From positions 1 to 30,856 of the forward strand of contig JBHLNT010000021.1 of assembly GCA_048941265.1 (NCBI GenBank): a DNA stretch of 30,856 nucleotides. The letters are read 5' to 3'. The position numbers and the translations under genes are program-made. Shown piece after piece: positions 27,913 to 30,856 of the stretch (position 1 is the first letter of the stretch; every line of letters starts with the position of its first letter). The notes beneath the pieces were generated by a model. It saw only the letters and a list, made by a program, of their open reading frames with translations, did not search any database and was not told the origin of the DNA. The stretch comes from Promethearchaeota archaeon (GTDB lineage: Archaea; Asgardarchaeota; Lokiarchaeia; Sigyniarchaeales; SOKP01).

Positions 27913-28284
27913 ATGGAGGTGATAAAAATCACAATACTAGAAAAAGATATAGTAGAATGGTTTCTCCAACTTAAAAAGTATAGAAAGATAGAACCGGAAC
28001 TTGAAGTAACTACACAAAAAGAAGTACACAAAAAGGATTTAAGAGAATATATTACAGTCGCTGCCTACTTTCTTTCACAAAATGAACTTTCATATAATGA
28101 ATTATGTTGGATGCTAGCAGAAAAGCAACTCATAATTCAAAAGGGAGACGAACATGTTTTCGAAAATGATATCCGAAACAAAGCAGCACAAATATTCAGT
28201 TCAGATCTCTCTTACGACGAATTATGCTGGTTAATAGCAGAACTAAATATTTTGGTTGATAAAAAGTATTTGGAAATAGGATAG
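27913..28284 (+). CDS. Small helical protein with duplicated DUF2934-like motif
   Basis: ITVAAYFLSQNELSYNELCWMLAEKQL and IRNKAAQIFSSDLSYDELCWLIAELNI. Start uncertain. Confidence 0.8.
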   Translation: MEVIKITILEKDIVEWFLQLKKYRKIEPELEVTTQKEVHKKDLREYITVAAYFLSQNELSYNELCWMLAEKQLIIQKGDEHVFENDIRNKAAQIFSSDLSYDELCWLIAELNILVDKKYLEIG

Positions 28285-28354
28285 TTTAAGACTCTATGCA
28301 GACAACTAATATCCCAAAATTTTAAATAAACTTTAAAAATTTGAGTTCGAAATT

Positions 28355-29575
28355 TTATATTATTTTTAGTAGTATGAAGCACTCTGAAAAATCATTATCA
28401 CTCGGTCTTAAATATTTTAATAATTCAATCTGTTTTGGAACGACTGTAAACCAACATTCATTTTTTTTAAAGCTATCAGGATTTGCTTCAATTCCTATTA
28501 TATGTCTTTGATTATTTAATTTATAGTAAAAATGGGTTACATAATAATCATCTTTATGTGAAAAGTCAGCATCTAAATAATATTTTGAAAAATTCTCCCA
28601 ATTATGCAATCTTTTTCCACAAAGCATTTCCATCATACCTATGACAGGTGCCTCTTCGGGTCTTATTCCTTCTGAGATATATTTCGGAGCGTATACCCTC
28701 TTAGAAAATGAATATAATGAATCTGCCAATGATGAAAGAGGATTTTTATTTAAATTTAGATACCTTAGAGAAGGTAGTTGTCCAATAAAATTCGGAATTG
28801 TTTTTAACTTATTATCTGAGAAATCTATATGTCGTAGCTGATGAAGATACCTAATTCCATAAGGAATACGTCTCAAGCCTGTGCCACTCGCATTAAGAAA
28901 TCGTAAACTAGTTAAATATCGAATAGATTTTGAGATCTTTTTATTATAACCGAAAAGATTTTTATTTTTAATACGCAATCCAATAACATGATTTTTCCTA
29001 ACAGCATAAATATATTCAAGACCATCATATAGGCTGGAAATTTCATATAATTTAGAAGTTCCATAGTAATACATTTTATCATAAAATTTGATTGCCTCTT
29101 TTTTTGCAAGTTGAAATTCCGATTCAATGAAAAAAGTAACTTCATCCTTTTGTAGTTTGTAACTTTGAGAATATTTTTCCAGAATTTTCTCTAATAGAAT
29201 TCTTGAAAGGTTTTCAGAAAAAAAACCGAGTCCAATAAAAATTGTTTTTAAGATTCTTACTGAAGATTCAATTTGAATGACATCTTTAAGGAAATCTACA
29301 CACTCATCCTTAAATATTTTCATCATGTTAAGAATGGCTGTAATCCTAACATTCGGATTTTCATCTGAAAGTAAAACCAGTCTAAATATATCAAATATCT
29401 TTTTATTTTTTATATTCAATTTAGCTAATTTCTCAATACATTCAGCTCTTACACCCCTAAAATCAGAATGCTCAATAAGAGCAATAAACTTATCTACTGC
29501 TTCAAATTTTGTAATGAAGCCATTCATGTAATCTCTATAAATTTTATTTGGATTTATATGCTCATTAGATTTCAT
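28355..29575 (-). CDS. HEAT-repeat + leucine-rich-repeat protein
   Basis: VLLSDENPNVRITA HEAT-like region, about 3-4 LRRs (LRHIDFSDNKLKTIPNFIGQLPSLRYLNLNKNPL). ATG 29575 preferred to TTG 29620. Confidence 0.88.
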   Translation of the reverse strand: MKSNEHINPNKIYRDYMNGFITKFEAVDKFIALIEHSDFRGVRAECIEKLAKLNIKNKKIFDIFRLVLLSDENPNVRITAILNMMKIFKDECVDFLKDVIQIESSVRILKTIFIGLGFFSENLSRILLEKILEKYSQSYKLQKDEVTFFIESEFQLAKKEAIKFYDKMYYYGTSKLYEISSLYDGLEYIYAVRKNHVIGLRIKNKNLFGYNKKISKSIRYLTSLRFLNASGTGLRRIPYGIRYLHQLRHIDFSDNKLKTIPNFIGQLPSLRYLNLNKNPLSSLADSLYSFSKRVYAPKYISEGIRPEEAPVIGMMEMLCGKRLHNWENFSKYYLDADFSHKDDYYVTHFYYKLNNQRHIIGIEANPDSFKKNECWFTVVPKQIELLKYLRPSDNDFSECFILLKII

Positions 29576-29719
29576 ATCTTTAAGTAAGTGATAAATATTT
29601 TGTTCAGATGCTAAATTCAAGAAAATGATAATATATGTTTTTTGAAAAATAATAAAAAATAAGACCTTAAAAATCTAAATGTTTTAGTTGATAAAATATA
29701 TTTTGAACCTGCGTAATAT

Positions 29720-30508
29720 TTATTTCTGTTGAATTAATCCACACAAATAGGGTATTGCCAAAAATGGCATATAAATCAGAGCAATTTCTACACCTGCATT
29801 GTAAATAATAACGCTAAATTCTATTATAGGGTCGACACGTCGTAAATTTGAATACGTCCCATCCGGATTTTTAGTTCCTATTTCTACCCATCGTTGACCA
29901 GATAACCAATAAAATAGATACCAGATACAACCGAGGATAAACATGGTAATAAACATATAAGTGCCTCTCTTCCTTGATTCATTATCAGTTTTTATAAACC
30001 AGTATATTGCCGGGGAAACCAAAACAGGTATTAATAAGGACCATAGGGAGAATACTTCTCTTCGAGATGGAACCTCACCACCAACATTCGGAGTATAAAT
30101 ACCATGGCTAAACATTACTAACGCCATTCCCATTACGACAAATGTAAATGTAATTATGCTAAACTTCCGCATTTCTTTATCTAAATATAAATCCGTTATA
30201 AATAATCCCATTATCCCTACTGATACACCCTCTGAAAGCCCTTGCATCGGTATTGAGATCCATATCGGTATTTCCATCCCAAAAAGATAACGATTTGGCA
30301 TATCTCTAACACCCGTTAAATGAAGCATTAATTCAACTGAAGTCCAGAAAATTGCCCCGGTTAAAAAAACCCAAAAATAATCTTTTCTATCCTTCCATTT
30401 CCAATCAAAAATAGTGATACTAATTGCAACTACGGCAAATAAAAGCTTAAAATCGTACTCTTCTCCCCAGAATCCACCTCTTACAATAAATACACTATCT
30501 AACAGCAT
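29720..30508 (-). CDS. Uncharacterised integral membrane protein (about 7 TM)
   Basis: Multiple hydrophobic helices with intramembrane Glu residues. Starts 21 nt after the stop of the upstream gene on the same strand. Confidence 0.82.
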   Translation of the reverse strand: MLLDSVFIVRGGFWGEEYDFKLLFAVVAISITIFDWKWKDRKDYFWVFLTGAIFWTSVELMLHLTGVRDMPNRYLFGMEIPIWISIPMQGLSEGVSVGIMGLFITDLYLDKEMRKFSIITFTFVVMGMALVMFSHGIYTPNVGGEVPSRREVFSLWSLLIPVLVSPAIYWFIKTDNESRKRGTYMFITMFILGCIWYLFYWLSGQRWVEIGTKNPDGTYSNLRRVDPIIEFSVIIYNAGVEIALIYMPFLAIPYLCGLIQQK

Positions 30509-30529
30509 AATACTTCGTTCTTACCTAGT

Positions 30530-30856
30530 TTACTCCATATAACCTCTAATATATCGTGCAACTCTTTCTGCAGGTTGGAAAATCCCAAAATGACCTTCAC
30601 ATAAGATGTCTGCTTTTAGATCTAATACTTTTCGTAAAGAATTTTGATAATCATTAAAATTACTAACTCCGGGAATCATCGGTCCATGTAAATCTTGTCC
30701 AAATAAAACTTTAGTATCATTAATTTCTATTAAAACGACAATAGATCCGGGTGTATGACCGGGAGTATGAATACATTGAAAATCATAAGGACCGAATTTG
30801 AGTATCTCAATATCTCCTGTGAGCCTTTTTTCTAATTTAACTGGAGTGTAACTTAC
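30530..30856 (-). CDS. Metallo-beta-lactamase-fold hydrolase, 5'-truncated (missing from ORF track)
   Basis: Manual translation from the window end: ...FQCIHTPGHTPGSIVV...KVLFGQDLHGP...ADILCEGHFG...YME-stop (TAA at 30532-30530). Confidence 0.92.
   Translation of the reverse strand, partial: VSYTPVKLEKRLTGDIEILKFGPYDFQCIHTPGHTPGSIVVLIEINDTKVLFGQDLHGPMIPGVSNFNDYQNSLRKVLDLKADILCEGHFGIFQPAERVARYIRGYME

Noticed and set aside
65-29531. Many short 60-101 aa ORFs in the track (e.g. 65-304, 569-766, 9329-9565, 9821-10126, 10929-11147, 19277-19546, 28912-29145)
   Set aside because: All are antisense or out-of-frame shadows inside well-supported genes, with no motifs or RBS.
1-30856. CRISPR arrays, tRNA/rRNA, IS elements, integrases
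   Set aside because: No regularly spaced DNA repeats, GC-rich structured islands, transposase or integrase motifs were seen by eye; a covariance-model search was not possible.

Overview
AT-rich, gene-dense archaeal chromosome segment. Gene content (HEAT+LRR proteins, a tandem roadblock protein, Rpn11/CSN5-like MPN proteins, GGAGG/GGTGA ribosome-binding sites) points to an Asgard archaeon, probably Lokiarchaeia; this is inferred, not searched. No rRNA, tRNA, CRISPR array or mobile element was seen. There are about 29 CDSs, two truncated by the window edges (CopA-type ATPase, metallo-beta-lactamase-fold hydrolase). Main points of interest: (1) three paralogous MPN + coiled-coil genes, two with intact JAMM motifs and one catalytically degenerate, around a zinc-ribbon gene and near a membrane protein with two winged-helix-like repeats, recalling eukaryotic MPN+/MPN- heterodimers; (2) an operon of three paralogous 2-TM + left-handed beta-helix proteins resembling a split form of the C1-C2-C3 module of epsilon-poly-lysine synthetase, with only one subunit keeping the candidate catalytic His; (3) a Cys/His domain both fused to the CopA C-terminus (behind a possible internal RBS) and encoded as a stand-alone gene nearby; (4) several strong RBSs that point to ATA/ATC rather than ATG starts.
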